Assembly: GCF_009914755.1 (NCBI RefSeq)
Contig: NC_060926.1
Source: the human T2T-CHM13v2.0 reference genome, Homo sapiens
Length of the DNA stretch: 64,000 nt
Strand: one strand, 5' to 3'
The position numbers and the translations under genes are program-made. The notes beneath the pieces were generated by a model that saw only the letters and a list, made by a program, of their open reading frames with translations, made no database searches and was not told the origin of the DNA. The stretch's first letter is position 1. The number at the start of each line of letters is the position of its first letter. Of this stretch, positions 30,074 through 49,285 are shown piece after piece.

Positions 30074-30489
30074 GATTCAGGGAAGCACCAAGAATCTGTC
30101 TCTCCACCTAGACAACAATTACACTGGCAACATCTGTCTGATGTAACTATTTTAGAACTGTGGAGTCTACTGAAAGATTGCAACTTCTAGGAAAAGGTTT
30201 GGACCTTAACAGGTAGTTAATTTCAGTCAGTTTTAGCTCTTAGCACAGTAGCAGCAATTAATTCCCACTCCTGCCCCATGACAGACAGCTGTGCATGTGT
30301 TCCTGCAGTAGATGCAAACAGCCTGTGGGAGCCAAGGGTGGGCAAAAAGGACCTTGTCCTTCAGCTATCAGGGATCTGTGCTCTGATGGCCTACTGCTGC
30401 TTCTAATCACAGAGGTGAAGACAAAGGCACTTGGGAAGGCTGAGGTGGGAGGAACATTTGAGCCCAGGAGTTGGAGACCAACCCAGTCA

Positions 30490-30780
<291 letters not shown>

Positions 30781-30903
30781 TTAAAATGTTAATGCCCTTT
30801 TTTTCTCCCTTCATTTTACTCTTTTTTCCTTTTGGAAGCCAGACAAAAAAAATAGTAAACCATTAAAAAAAAAACACAAAAGCTCAGCCTTCTGAGCTTA
30901 GAA

Positions 30904-31051
30904 TTAAAACATAATGCTAATGGTTGCATCATAGACTATCTTCAATGTGCTATATTTTATTTAACCATTTAATTAATATTGAACACATAACTTTTTGGTG
31001 CTATAAATAAATGATGATGTAGTGAACCAACTAACAAAAACCTAGCTTCTA
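30904..31051 (+). repeat. 148-bp dispersed direct repeat, copy 2
   Basis: See 27206-27353. Confidence 0.92.
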
Positions 31052-31650
31052 GATTCCACATCCACAGATTTAACCAACTGTGTATCAAAAAATATATGTT
31101 TATATTTAGAAATGGGTTCATGCTCTATCGCCTAGACCGGAGTACAGTGGGATGATCATACCTCACTGCGGTCTTGAACTGCTGGGCTCAAGAAATCCTC
31201 TTGCCTCAGCCTCCCAAGTAGCTAGAACTATAGGCATGCACCACCATGCCCAGCTAATTTTTAAGGTTTTTGTCGAGACGGGGTCTCACTATGTTGTCCC
31301 ATCTGGTTTTGAACTCCTAGCATCAAGTGATCCTCCCATTTTGGCCTCCCAAAGTGTTGGAATTACAGATGTGAGCAACCATGCCCAGCCTAAAAATATT
31401 TTAAGAAAACAACAATAAAAATAATACAAATTTAAAAACAATTCTGAATATAGTATAACAACTATTTACATTGCATTTATATTGTATTAGGTATTATAAG
31501 CAATCAAGTATGTGAATAAAGTATATGCGAGTTGTGCATAGGTTAAATGCAAATATTATGCCATTTACATAAGAAACTTGAAAATTTATGCATTTTGGTA
31601 TCTACAGGGTATCCTGGAACCAATCTTTCACAGATACCAAGGGACGACTA
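31052..31650 (-). mobile_element. MER2 (Tigger-family) element, one end missing, split by an Alu (~31100-31390, -)
   Basis: cctggaaccaatc...gataccaagggacgact-TA right end; aacaactatttaca...tattaggtattataag core. Confidence 0.85.
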
Positions 31651-31977
31651 TATATGTCTTCCAAAAGTGAGAAAGAAATTAAGACAATCTCAAATAAACA
31701 AAAGCAGAGGGAGTTCACTACCACTAGAGCTGCCTTGCAAGAAATGCTCAAGGGAGTCATGCAAGGTGAAATGAAAGATACTAGACAGTAACTCAAAACC
31801 ATATGAAGGAACAAAGATCTCAATAAGGGTAAATACATGGGACATTATAAAAGCTAGTGTATTTTAACAATAGTTTGTGGCATCATTTTTTGTTTCTACA
31901 TGACTTAAGAGATGCTATATGACAAAAAGGGACTAATACATTTTTTTCAAAAATATTAGTCTAAAAGCCAGTATTGC

Positions 31978-32260
31978 TGGGTGGGGTGGCTCACACCTGT
32001 AATCTCGACACTTTGGGAGGCCAAGGTGGGAAGATCACTTGAGGTCAGGAGTTGGAGACCAGCTTGGGCAACATAGTCTCTACAAAAAATTTAAAACTTA
32101 TCCAGGCATGATGGCATGCACAATAGTCCCAACTACTCAGGAGGCTGAGGTGGGAGGATCACTCAGCCCAGAAGTTTGAGATTGCAGTGAGCTATGATTA
32201 TGCCACTGTACTCCAGCCTGGGCAACAGAGTAAGACCTTGTCTCCATAAAAAAATAATAA
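31978..32260 (+). mobile_element. Alu (AluJ-like)
   Basis: Dimer; TSD agccag(t/c)att. Confidence 0.85.
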
Positions 32261-33146
32261 TAATTTTTTAAAATATAAAATATAGCCAGCATTACTATAA
32301 CTTTGGTTTGTAACTGTGCATTTTGATTTTTACATAATTTAAGAGACTGCTGCACTTAAAAGAATTATTAATTTAGGTTTTCAAGCACAAAATATATAGG
32401 GATGTAATTTTGTGATACTGACAGCTGAAAGTGTGAGGACAGAGCTATAAAGGAACAGAATTTTTGTATATTATGGACATTAAACTGGTATAATTTCAAG
32501 TTAGAATATTATAACTTTAGAATAATAAATGAAATCTCCATGCTAACCACAGAGAAAACAGCTGTATAATGTATACAAAAGGAAATGAAAAAGGAATTGA
32601 AAATTTTCACTACAAAATATCAACTAAATGCAAAAGAAGACAGTAATGTAGGAAATAAGGGACAAAAATCTACAAGGCATATAGAAAACACCCAGCAAAA
32701 TGACAGAAGTATCTCCTCATCCTTCATTATTTTAAATGTAAATGAGTTAAACTCTCTAATCAAAAGAGATTAGCAGAATGGATAGAAAAATATGATTGAA
32801 CTATATGCTGCCTACAGGAAGCTCACTTTAGATTCACAGACACAAAAGATTGAACATGAAAGAATGGAAAAAGAGACTCCATGCAAATAGTAACCAAAAG
32901 AGAGCAGGGGTTGCTATTCTAACAATGGACAAAATAGACTTTAAGTCAAAAAAGATTAAATGAGACAAAGAAGGACATCATACATTAATAGGAGGTTCAA
33001 TGTAGCAATAAGGTAAAATAATTATAAACATTTATACACCTAATAACAGACAATCAAAACTTGTGAAGCAAAAACTGACATAATTGAAGAAAGAAATAGA
33101 CATTTCTAAAATAAATGTTGGAGACTTTAAAACCCCACTCTCAATG

Positions 33147-33292
33147 GGGAGACTGATTTGAGTAATAAGAAAACTCTGGTCTCCCACACAGCTGGCTCTG
33201 CTTGAATTAGTCTTTTTCTATTGCAATTCACCTGTCTTGGTAAATCGGCTTTGTCTAGGCAGCAGGCAGGGTGAATCCACTGGGCGGTTACA
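33147..33292 (+). mobile_element. LTR8-like (ERV1) 3' fragment
   Basis: gggagactgatttgagtaataa...tctaggcagc.ggca.ggtgaa...gggcggttaca. Confidence 0.8.
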
Positions 33293-33529
33293 GTGCAATC
33301 ATAGCTCACTGCAGCCTCGAATTTCTCGGCTCAAGCAATTCTCCTGCCTCAGCCTCCCAAGTAGCTGAGATTAAGGCACGTGCCTCCTTGCCCAGCTAAT
33401 CTTTATTTTTTGTAGAGATGGGTCTTGCTATGTTACCCAGGCTGGTCTCAAACTCCTGAGATCAGGTGATCCTCCTGCCTCAGCACCCTAAAGCCCTGGG
33501 ATTACAGGTACAAGTCACTGTGCCTGGCC
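33293..33529 (-). mobile_element. Alu (AluJ-like) lacking its 3' end and tail
   Basis: Starts abruptly mid right arm at the LTR end. Confidence 0.85.
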
Positions 33530-34257
33530 TTACACTATCATTCTTATTGGATATTTTAATCTTTTTTCAATTCTACATAGAATATTGTTCTGATTATATA
33601 GTATGTAGGTCAATGTAAGTAAATCAATCAGTTCTTAATTCTCATTCTAGCTCTGCCATGTCTAAGTTGCCTCAACTATAAAATGGTGATAATTTATTTC
33701 AGAAACATTGTAAGAACCAAATGAAATAATGTATTTGACTTTATGAAAATATATTACATAAACTATGAAGTATCATTATTCTTTGGTATTCTGGTATTCT
33801 TGATAATTCAATGTATAAGACTATTTCATTTAACTTCTTTTTCAGTTAAATATATTTTTTGATGAAAATGTATTATAAAGCACCTACTTTCAAAAATCAA
33901 AAGGGGCTGAAATTAGTTGTAAAGTAAAAAGATAGAAAAAATAGGAATTATGAAGTTAAGAGATTATTCTGGTCATTGTGGATAGCAAGTAGAAATGGTA
34001 CTAATTTATAGCACTCATAATTTATACATGAAACTAAATAATCATGTTTACCAATCAAAACAATACGAAAAAGAAGAGAAAAGCAAAAAAAAAAAGCAGA
34101 CATAAAACTAGAAAATTCACAAACTTATGAAAATAAACAACCAATAAATCAAAGTAGAAATTCAAATGACAATGAAAACATAACATACCAAAATTTATGG
34201 TCTTGTGCCTTAAGGCAGTGCTGTAGTGGAAATTTATAGCTATACATATTTACATTA

Positions 34258-34760
<503 letters not shown>

Positions 34761-35035
34761 AAGACACGAATTACTAAAATCAGAAATGAAAGTGGGGACA
34801 TTATTACTGATTCTACAGATACAAAAAAGATTATAAGAGAGTGTTATGAACAATTGTATGTCAACAAATTTAAAAACCCACATGAAATGAACAAATTTCT
34901 AGAAACACAAAATCTATCAAGGTTAAATTATGAAGAAACAGAGAATCTGAGTAGACTTATAAAGAATAAGGAAATTGAGTCACTAGTCAAAAATTGAGTC
35001 CTGATTTGGGGGCATCAGAAAAGCCCTAGATCTAG

Positions 35036-35335
35036 ACCAGGCACACTGGCTAATGCCTGTAATCCCAGCACTTTGGGAGGCTGAGGCAGGCAGATCACTT
35101 GAGGCCAGGAGTTCAAGACCAGCCTGGCCAATGTGACAAAACTCTGCCTCTACTAAAAATACAAAAATTAGCCAGGTATGGTGGCATGCACCTGTAATTC
35201 CAACTACTCAGGTGACTGTGGCTCTAGAATCCCTTGAACTCAGGAGGCAGAGATTGCAGTGAGCTGAGATTGTGCCACTGCACTCCAGCCTGGGCAAAAG
35301 AGCGAGACTATCTCAAAAAAAAAAAAAAAAAAAGA
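35036..35335 (+). mobile_element. Alu (AluS-like)
   Basis: Dimer; TSD agaaaagccct(a/g)gat. Confidence 0.9.
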
Positions 35336-36309
35336 ATAAAAGAAAAGCCCTGGATTTGATGGCATCACTGGTTAATTCCACCAAACATTTAAAGAACTAA
35401 TACTGATCCTTCTCAAACTTTTCCAAAAAATTGAAGAGAAAAAACTCCCTGACTCATTCTATGAGGTCAGCATTACCCTGATACCAAAGCCAAAAAAGAG
35501 ACTACAAGAGAAGAAAACTACAAACTAATATCCCTTATGAACACTGATGCAAAAACCCTCAACAAAATACCAGCAAACTGAACTCAGAATTACTCACCAT
35601 GGCCCAGTGAGATTTATTCCTGGAATGAAAGGATGGTTCAACATTTGAAAATCAATCATTATAATACACCATATTAACAAGACCTGGGGGGAGGAAAAAC
35701 CACTTGATCTTCTCAATTGATACAGAAAAACATTTGACAAAATTCAACACCCTTTTATGATAAAAATATACAACAAACTAGAAATAGAAGGAATATTACC
35801 TCAATGTAATAAAAGCTGTAAATGAAAAACCCACAGCAAATATCATAATCATTGGTGAAAGACTGAAAGCCTTTCCTCTAAGATAAGGAACAAGGTAAGG
35901 ATGCCTACTTTCACCACTTCTATTCAACATAGTACTGGAAGTCCCAGCCAAAGTAATTAGGCAAGAAAATGAAATAAAAATCACCTACAGTGAAAGGAAG
36001 ATGTAAAGTATCTACCATTTTACTTTCCCACTAACAGTACACAAGAGATCCAACTGCTCCACATCCTCAAAACACTTGTTATTTTCTTTTCTTTTTTTTT
36101 CTCTCTTTTTAAAATAGCCATCTGGTGGAGCACAGTGGCTCACGTTTGTATCCCAGCACTTTGGGAGGCTGAGACGGGAGGATTGCTTGAGCCCAGGAGT
36201 TCGAGATCAGCCTGACCCCCTTGTCAGATAGGTTGGTGAGGTTGTGGCTGTTAACAGCCCAGAAGGAAGAGGTGGCCCCCCAGTGAGAGAGAGAGGGACA
36301 CTTACTCTT

Positions 36310-36505
36310 CGAATGACCCTCTTATTTGCAGTGAGGAAGAGACAGCAGAGAGTGTTCTCTGTCTATGCATGCGTGCAGAGGAAAGGCCACATGAAAACAC
36401 AATGACGAGGTGGCCATCTCCTGCCAGACACCAACCCTGACAGCACCTTGATCTTGGGCTTCTAGTCTCCAGAACTGTGAGAAAATAAATGTCTGTTGTT
36501 TAGGC
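36310..36505 (+). mobile_element. MLT1A-like LTR fragment truncated just after its AATAAA
   Basis: caccttgatcttgggcttctagtctccagaactgtgagaaaataaatgtctgttgttta. Confidence 0.8.
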
Positions 36506-37326
36506 AAAACAAAAAATTAATTCAGAATGGATCAAAAGCCTAAATTAAGAGCTGTACTGTATAACTCTTACAGTTGTAATCTAGTTTTAGAACCCTTCTA
36601 TCACTCTAAAAAGTTATCTCATGCTTATTTGCAGCTCATCGCTCTTCCACCCCTAGTCTGAGAAAACCACTGATTTGCTTACTGATTCTATAGTTTTGCC
36701 CTTTCTAGAAATTTCATATAAGGGGAATTATACAATACATAGTTATGCATTGTCTGGCTTCTTTCATGAGGTTCACCTATGTTGTGGCATGTATCAGGAC
36801 TTTGTTCCTTTTTATTGTTGAGTGTTGTATGGGTACAGCACATTTTATTTGTCCATTTACCATCTGATGGACTTTCACACTGTTTCCAATTTTGGGCTAT
36901 TGTGAATAATGCTGCCATGAACGCTTGAATACAAATATACAATTTTTTGAATTGTATTATCACAGTGTTAATCGTCAGATTTTAACAATTTACCATTATA
37001 GTAATTCATCACTACTGTCAGTTTGCTCTTGTGGTCACTATACTGAATATTTGTAATTCTAAATAGATGCTCATTTTCATTGGAGGTAGGTACCAGAGCA
37101 AAATATTTTTTTGGCTTTCTCTGCCATTCAGACCCTGCTGATGGTGATGTTGCTACCATGTTATTGAGCCTTTCTTTCTCTTTAATAGTACCTGATCAAG
37201 GTAAAAACATCTTCTTTCACTCTTGATTAAAGATGAAGTTGATGGTGACAGTACATTTTCATTATGGCAGTTTTACAAACTGAAGCTTTGTGCACTGCTG
37301 AAAGAAAATGTTTTCTGAATATTTTC

Positions 37327-37573
37327 TGTTTTTTGAGACAGAGTCTCACTCTATCACCAAAGCTGGAGTGCAGCAGTGGCCCAGTCATAGCTCACCGTAA
37401 CCTCGAATTGCTCGGCTCAAGCGACCCCCCTGCTTCAGTCACCTGAGTAGTTGGGACTACATGTGTGCCACCACACCACGCTAAATTTTTAAATTTTTGT
37501 AGAGATAGGGTCTTGCTTTGTTGCCAAGGCTGGTCTCAAACTCTTGTCCTCAAATGATCCTCCTGGCTCGGCA
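37327..37573 (-). mobile_element. 5'-truncated Alu (AluJ-like)
   Basis: 13-bp TSD tctgaatattttc at 37314-37326 and 37574-37586. Confidence 0.9.
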
Positions 37574-37751
37574 TCTGAATATTTTCAAAATCAGATTTAA
37601 GATAATTGCCCTCAAATATAATTTTATTTACAATATTTTTCCCATGTACTTGCTGCTTCAAACAGTCACTTGAGAAAATATTTGCCTTTAAATCCAGAAT
37701 CTTGAAATAGGATATGATGGAACAATATAATTTAAATTCTGAATTCACATC

Positions 37752-38294
37752 TGTATTAGTCAGGATTCTCTAAAGGGACAGAAGTAATAGGATATATGTA
37801 TATATGAAGGGGAGTTTATTAGGAGTACTGACTCACAGGACCACAAGATCAAGTCCCACAATAGGCCATCTACAAGCTGAGGAGCGAGGAAGCCAGTCTG
37901 AGTCCCAAAACCTCAAAAGTAGGAAAGCCCACAGTGCAGCATTCAGTCTGTGATCAAAGGCCTGAGAGCCCCTAGCAAATCACTGGTATAAGTCCAAGAG
38001 TCCAAAAGTTGAAGAACTCGGAGTCTGATGTTTGAGGGCAAGAAGCATCCAGCACGGGAGAAAGATGAAGACTAGAAGTCTCAGCAAGTCTGCTCTTTCC
38101 AACTTCTCCCTGCTTTATTCCAGCCACACTGGCAGCTGATTACATGGTGCCCACCCAGATTGAGGGTGGGTCAGCCTCTCCCAGTCCACTGACTCAAACG
38201 TTAATCTCCTTTGGCAACACCCTCACAGACACCCAGGAACAATACTTTGCATCCTTCGATCCAATCAAGTTGACACTCAGTATTAACCATCACA
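37752..38294 (-). mobile_element. MLT2A (HERV-L) solo LTR, probably MLT2A2
   Basis: Minus strand begins TGTGATGGTTAATACTGAGTGTCAACTTGATTGG; 5-bp TSD acatc at 37747-37751 and 38295-38299. Confidence 0.92.
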
Positions 38295-39076
38295 ACATCT
38301 GCATCTGAGGTTTTACTGCACGCTCATCAGCTTCAAACTCGTCACTAGCGTAAAGCTGATAGGAGAATCTTTACGACAGGTTTCAGTGAAAGAAATATTG
38401 CCCTCACAAGACAACTGAGTTGGTTACATCTACAGCAGGTTCCAGCCAGTAAACTCTTCTCTGCAAATCACATGGGTTGTTGTGTTGTTACAGTGATCTG
38501 CAAAGTAAAAGGTCAAGGCTTTATTTTGGTATTTAAGCGGACTTCTTAATATGTCATAAGTGTTGCATTATCTTTTGTGAACATCTTGAATAAGTACATG
38601 ACAAGGAAAAGGCAGTTCCACAGTATCTTGTATACCACATAGTTTGCTTTGGCTGAAGAAGAATATAGAAAAGGTCTACTCTCTGTTTATTGCCAGTAAC
38701 CCATGGTGCTATCTTATATTTTAAAAAGACTTCTGGTTGCTTCTTCATGTCCAAGTGTCTGATATAGAAGGTACAAAAGTAGCACATTTAATATCATTAA
38801 CCTTTTTATACACAGCAGACTTTAATTCTAGAAACTGCTTTTAGTAACACATTTTATAGAAGGAACTTTATATCTTCATCAAATGTCAAAAATTCTTCAT
38901 CTACTACTAAAAATAGTTGGCAGTCTATAGCAATATTTTTGTCAAGCTTTCTGTTTAAATTTTTGCATAGACTCAAGAGTAAAAGGAACTATCTTCTTGA
39001 AATATTTTTATGAAGTCTGTTGTTTTGAAATATGATTAGTAGAAACAGAATGGGTTTGAAATACCTCATTTCCCCT

Positions 39077-39080
<4 letters not shown>

Positions 39081-39111
<31 letters not shown>

Positions 39112-39270
39112 AGACAGAGTCTCGCTCTGTCGCCCAGGCTGGAGTGCAGTGGTGCGATCTCGGCTCACTGCAAGCTCCGTTCCCCCCCGGGGCTCACGCC
39201 ATTCTCCTGCCTCAGCCTCCTGAGTAGCTGGGACCACAGGCGCCTGCCACCACGCCCGGCTAATTTTTTT
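39081..39270 (-). mobile_element. AluY-like right arm only
   Basis: T30 tail and GCAAGCTCC; stops at the A-rich linker. Confidence 0.88.
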
Positions 39271-39599
39271 ATTTTAATTCGTTGTTTATATTCTATGTTA
39301 ATCAAAGCTGTTTCAACATGGTAGTTTTTCTACTTCATTTTAGAGTTTTCCTCCTCATAAACTCTAGGTTAGCAAAGTTGATATTCTCCTTTGAAGTCAT
39401 CCTCAACAAGATGTAAACAATTCCCAAATAGGACTTTTTCTTGAAAGACCCAAAGCTAAATAATACTAAATAAATAAAAATTAAATACAGTTTTTGAAGA
39501 CTTCTTTGAACGTTATGAATGCTAAAATACCAAGCAAGTCTACAAAGATTATAACTCTATTATCACTCCTTATTCTTTTTTAAGAACATTTATGTTTTT

Positions 39600-41990
<2,391 letters not shown>

Positions 41991-42047
41991 TGTAATTTTA
42001 ATTTTTTGCCTGTATTATTACTTACAATTTAAATAAATACTTATTGA

Positions 42048-42391
<344 letters not shown>

Positions 42392-42459
42392 CCTATCTCA
42401 CATACTTTCTTAAGGTTTGTATTAGCTCAATCTATTCCCCCTATTTACTTAAAATCTCT

Positions 42460-42762
42460 TTTTTTGAGAGAGAGAGAGAGAAAGAGAGAAAGAGAGAGAG
42501 AGAGAGACTCACTGGGTCACCCATGCTGGAATACAGTGGTGCCTTCCTGGGCTCAAGTAATCCTTCCTCCTCAGTCTCCCAAGTAGCTGGGACCACAGGC
42601 ATGTGCCACCACACCCAGCTAATTTTTTAAAATTTTTTATTTCATAGAGACAAGGTCTCCCTATGTTGCCCAGGCTGGTCTCAAACCCCTAGGCTCAAGC
42701 AATCCTCCTACCTCAGCCTCCCAAAGTACTAGGATTCCAGGCATGAGTCACCATGCCTGGCC
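42460..42762 (-). mobile_element. Alu (AluJ-like) with (GA)n expansion
   Basis: Dimer; TSD tacttaaa. Confidence 0.85.
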
Positions 42763-43339
42763 TACTTAAAGTCTTTTCTTGATATTTAAAATTAATCAAT
42801 TTTTTGATACTTAAAATTAACAGCTTTTATAGTCATCATTAATTACCTCATAATTTTACTCTAGCAATAATACTTCAAAGTGTAACAAAATATCAACATA
42901 TAAAAAGTATATAATAACTGCTGTTTTCACTTCAAGTTACATCTAGCATGCTTACTTGTATTTGCAATGAATATTCAGATGTCAGCTATAATTCTTAATG
43001 ACACACCTCATTTGTCTTACTGGCCTTTTTAAACACATTATATTGATGGCAACATATAATTTTGAGGGAGGCTGACACTGGCATCTTCTAATCTGGGGGG
43101 GGGGTCACTGCAGAGACTACTGTAAGCAGGGACAGAGGCTCCATAGATTAGAAACAGGCAGTGACAAGAGGAGAATGTGCCCTGCAAACAAGCAGGTCCA
43201 TATGGGAGAAAACCTGTTGTAAACAGGGAAACATGGAATGATCGTGGGGGCTAAGAACAGTATTCTGTGCTTCAGCTGTAGATCTGCGACCAAGATTTAA
43301 CAGTAACAGAAAAGTGGATAGTGAGTAGGTTTCATGTAA

Positions 43340-45060
<1,721 letters not shown>

Positions 45061-45065
45061 TCATG

Positions 45066-46066
<1,001 letters not shown>

Positions 46067-46974
46067 GCATCCAACATACTACAAGTTTTACTTTATTTTT
46101 TTATTTTTGGTCTGTTTCTCTCTCCAAGAATGTAAGCTTGAGGAAGACAGGAATTTTTGCCTATTTTGCAAACTAATGTATCTCCAGCACCTATAAGTAG
46201 CATGAATGTGGTCTCTTCAAAGCCTGGTACTTGGTAGGCACTCAATAAATAGAATAAATAGTTATTGAATGCATAAATAAATGAATGAATGAAACTAAAT
46301 ACGCATAAAGCAGCTGTCACCAGGTGACAGATTATTGAGAAATCCCAGAGCAAAGGAAGCAATAAAGAAAAGATGAGTTTGGGAGGGTAATGAAAAGCTC
46401 AGTCTTGGCAGAGAGGAAAGCAGAGGGACCCTGGCTGTCTTTTCCTTTCTTTCAACCTACTAGTAAAAGACGGGAGCTGTCCAGCATGGACCTCCTGAAG
46501 TTGGAGTGCCGCTGCAGGGACGAAAGCCTGCTTTCCTAACCCTGCCCAGGATCACTTCATTGCCATCCTTTATCAAATACACCTTTGTTCCCTGTGTGCT
46601 TATCCTTCCCAGTCCTTTTCCCTTTACTCAAATGTGCCCAGAAAGCCCATGAGCTACATGAAGTCTTATTGTTCCCAAGCTTTTCAAAAAGCTTTACTCA
46701 CTCCAGTAACTTCCATGCCATTAAAGTGATGACTGGGATGACAGAAACAGTGTCTTCATAAATGTATCCATTGAAATGTGTTTGGTGCTTCCTTTGTGTG
46801 TATCTCTCAAAAATAAGCTTTTCAAATTTGGTGAAAAGCCAAGATTGGGGGCTCAATAGTCTAGCAAATTTCTTAATGAGGAAGCCCTGCTTCTCTATCA
46901 CACACCTAGTTGATTGAGTTGTGTGTCTCCCCTCCCCAACCTCTAAAGACATGTCTACTTGAATCCTGTGAATC

Positions 46975-47650
46975 CCAACAAGTTTCTCATCTCCATCTGA
47001 GACCACCTCAGCCTGGACCTTATTGTCCATATCACTATCAACATTTTGGTCAAAGCCATTCAACAAGCCTCTAGGAAGTTCCAAACCTTCCCACAATTTC
47101 TTATATTCTGAGCCCTCCAAACTGTTCCAACCTCTGCCTGTTACCCGGTTCCAAAGTCACTTCCACATTTTAAGGTATCATTACAGCAGTACCCCACTCT
47201 CAGTACCAATTTACTGTATTAGTCCATTTGCCCACTGCTGATAAAGACATACCTGGGGCTGGGTAATTTATAAAGAAAAAGAGGATTAATGGAATCACAG
47301 TTCCATTAATCTGTGGATTCCATTAATTAACACAGTTAATTCCATTCCATTAATTAACACAGTTCCATTAATGTCTGGGGAGGCCTTACAATCATAGTGG
47401 TAGGTGAAGGGTGAAAGGCGCATCTTACATGGCAGCAGGCAAGAGAGAGCTTGTGTAGGGGAACTCTCACTTATAAAACCATCAGATCTCATGAGACTTA
47501 TTCACTATCATGAGAAGAGTATGGGAAAGACCCGCCCCCATGATTCAATTAACCTTCCACTGGGTCTCTCCCATGACACATGGGAATTGTAACACATGGG
47601 AAATATAATTCAAGATGAGATTTGGATGGGGACACAGCCAAATCATATAA
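46975..47650 (-). mobile_element. THE1 LTR (47215-47650) plus adjoining THE1-int fragment (46975-47214)
   Basis: THE1-int peptide NGFDQN.DSDMDNKVQAEVVSDGDE; LTR tgtattagtccat...gataaagacatacc. Confidence 0.92.
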
Positions 47651-47866
47651 CCTGCCAATATTTATTATCTGTCTGTTTTATTTTAGCCATCTTAATGGAT
47701 ATGAAGTGGTATCTTATCGTAATTTTGATTTGTATTTCCCTGATGGCAAATTATGTTGAATATCTTTCTATGTGCTTATTGACCATTTGTGTAATTTCTT
47801 TGGATAAATGTCTGTTCATATACTTTGCTCACTTTTTCATTTTACTTTTGACTTATAAGTATGGCT

Positions 47867-48130
47867 TTTTTTTTTTTTTTTTTGAGGTGGAGTCTTGCTC
47901 TGTCACGCAGGCTGGAGTGCAGTTGTGAGATATTGGCTCACTGCAACTTCTGCCTCCTGGGTTCAAGCAATTCTCCTGCCTGAGCCTCCTGAGTAGCTGG
48001 GACTACAGGTATACGCCACCACGCTCAGCTAATTTTCATATTTTTAGTAGAGACAGGCTTTCACCATGTTGGCCAGGCTGGTCTTGAACTCCTGACCTCA
48101 GGTGATCCACCTGCCTCAGCCTCCCAAAGT
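47867..48130 (-). mobile_element. Alu (AluS-like), 5'-truncated, within old L1 fragments
   Basis: Poly-T then Alu ending at cccaaagt. Confidence 0.88.
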
Positions 48131-48545
48131 ATGACTCATTTCAAAAACTTTGTTATTTAGAAATAATTTCAGACTTTTACAAAGTTGCAAGAATAGTATA
48201 AAGAATTCCTGAATACTTTTAATGCAGATTTCCTAAATGTTAACATTTTACCTTTGCCTTATTCATTCTAATTTTTTTCTGAAACATTTGAAAGTAAGTT
48301 GCAGATATGATGCCCCTTTACTAAATACTTCTGTGTACTTCCAAAAACAAGAACACTCTCTGATATAACAATAGTTCACTGGTCAAAGTCAGGAAATGAT
48401 TCAATGCCAATAACTAACCTACAGACCTTATTCAAATTTCACCCATTCCCCTACCCATGTCCTTTATCAGGCTTATGTTTTTAACACAATTTTTACACAT
48501 TTCTTACCTTTCAGGCATTTGTATCTTTTTAAAAGAGTTACTGTT

Positions 48546-49285
48546 GGCCAGGTGGGGTGGCTCACACCTATAATCCCTGCACTTTGGGAGGCTGAGATGG
48601 GAGAACTGCTTGAGTCCAGTTCAAGACCACACTGGGCAACACAGCAAGAGCCATCTCTATAAAAAAACACAAAAATTAGCGAGAGCAGATAATCATCTTC
48701 CTCAGAAAAGAAGAATTTTCCAGACCCTCTCCTAGTATAGGAAAACCACGTTCTCCTTAGGGGCTGTTCCCAAGTGGTTCCTCCTAGAAGCAGCTAGGTT
48801 CAGAAGAGTCTAGGTCTGATTTTTTGCCATCCCTTCATTGTTCCCTCCTTTTCTTCAAAAATCTGGCAAATGGTAGAAATTTAACAAATGTCAAATGAAT
48901 GGATGGATGGGATCGTGCTTTCATCAACCTGTCTTCTAAGGCCTGGAGAGCAGGGAGAAGCTATTAAAATTCTTTAAATAGTAAGCTGTTGGGCCAATGA
49001 GATCTTTATCTTCAGTGTGAATAGGTAAGTGAAAAGCAGGGCAACTTCAAATGGTATACACATATACAGAGTCTTATCAGCGTTAAAATACCAAAAGCTT
49101 AAAAAACAATTAGCCAGGCGTGGTGGTGCGCACCTGTAATCCTAGCTACTCAGGAGCCTGAGGTGGAAGGATTGCTTGAGCCCAAGAATTCAAGGCTGCA
49201 GTAAACTGTGATCACACCTCTGCACTTCAGTTTGGGCCACAGAGCGAGACTCTGTCAAAAAAAAGAAAAAAGAAAAGAAAAAAGC
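48546..49285 (+). mobile_element. Alu left arm (48546-48680) and right arm (~49101-49285) separated by ~420 bp of non-Alu sequence
   Basis: Left arm ends aaaaattagc; right arm begins aattagccaggcgtgg. Confidence 0.8.

Larger units (their letters stand above)
36965..39590 (-). mobile_element. Possible highly degenerate hAT-type DNA transposon coding region (may continue at ~42770-43110)
   Basis: ORF 36968-37159 peptide YFALVPTSNENEHLFRITNIQYSDHKSKL loosely resembles the hAT C-terminal dimerisation motif; AT-rich backbone rejoins across TSD-bounded insertions. Confidence 0.4.

Noticed and set aside
46698-47120. 140-aa minus-strand ORF
   Set aside because: The N-terminal part is THE1-int ORF remnant and the rest is read-through into flanking DNA
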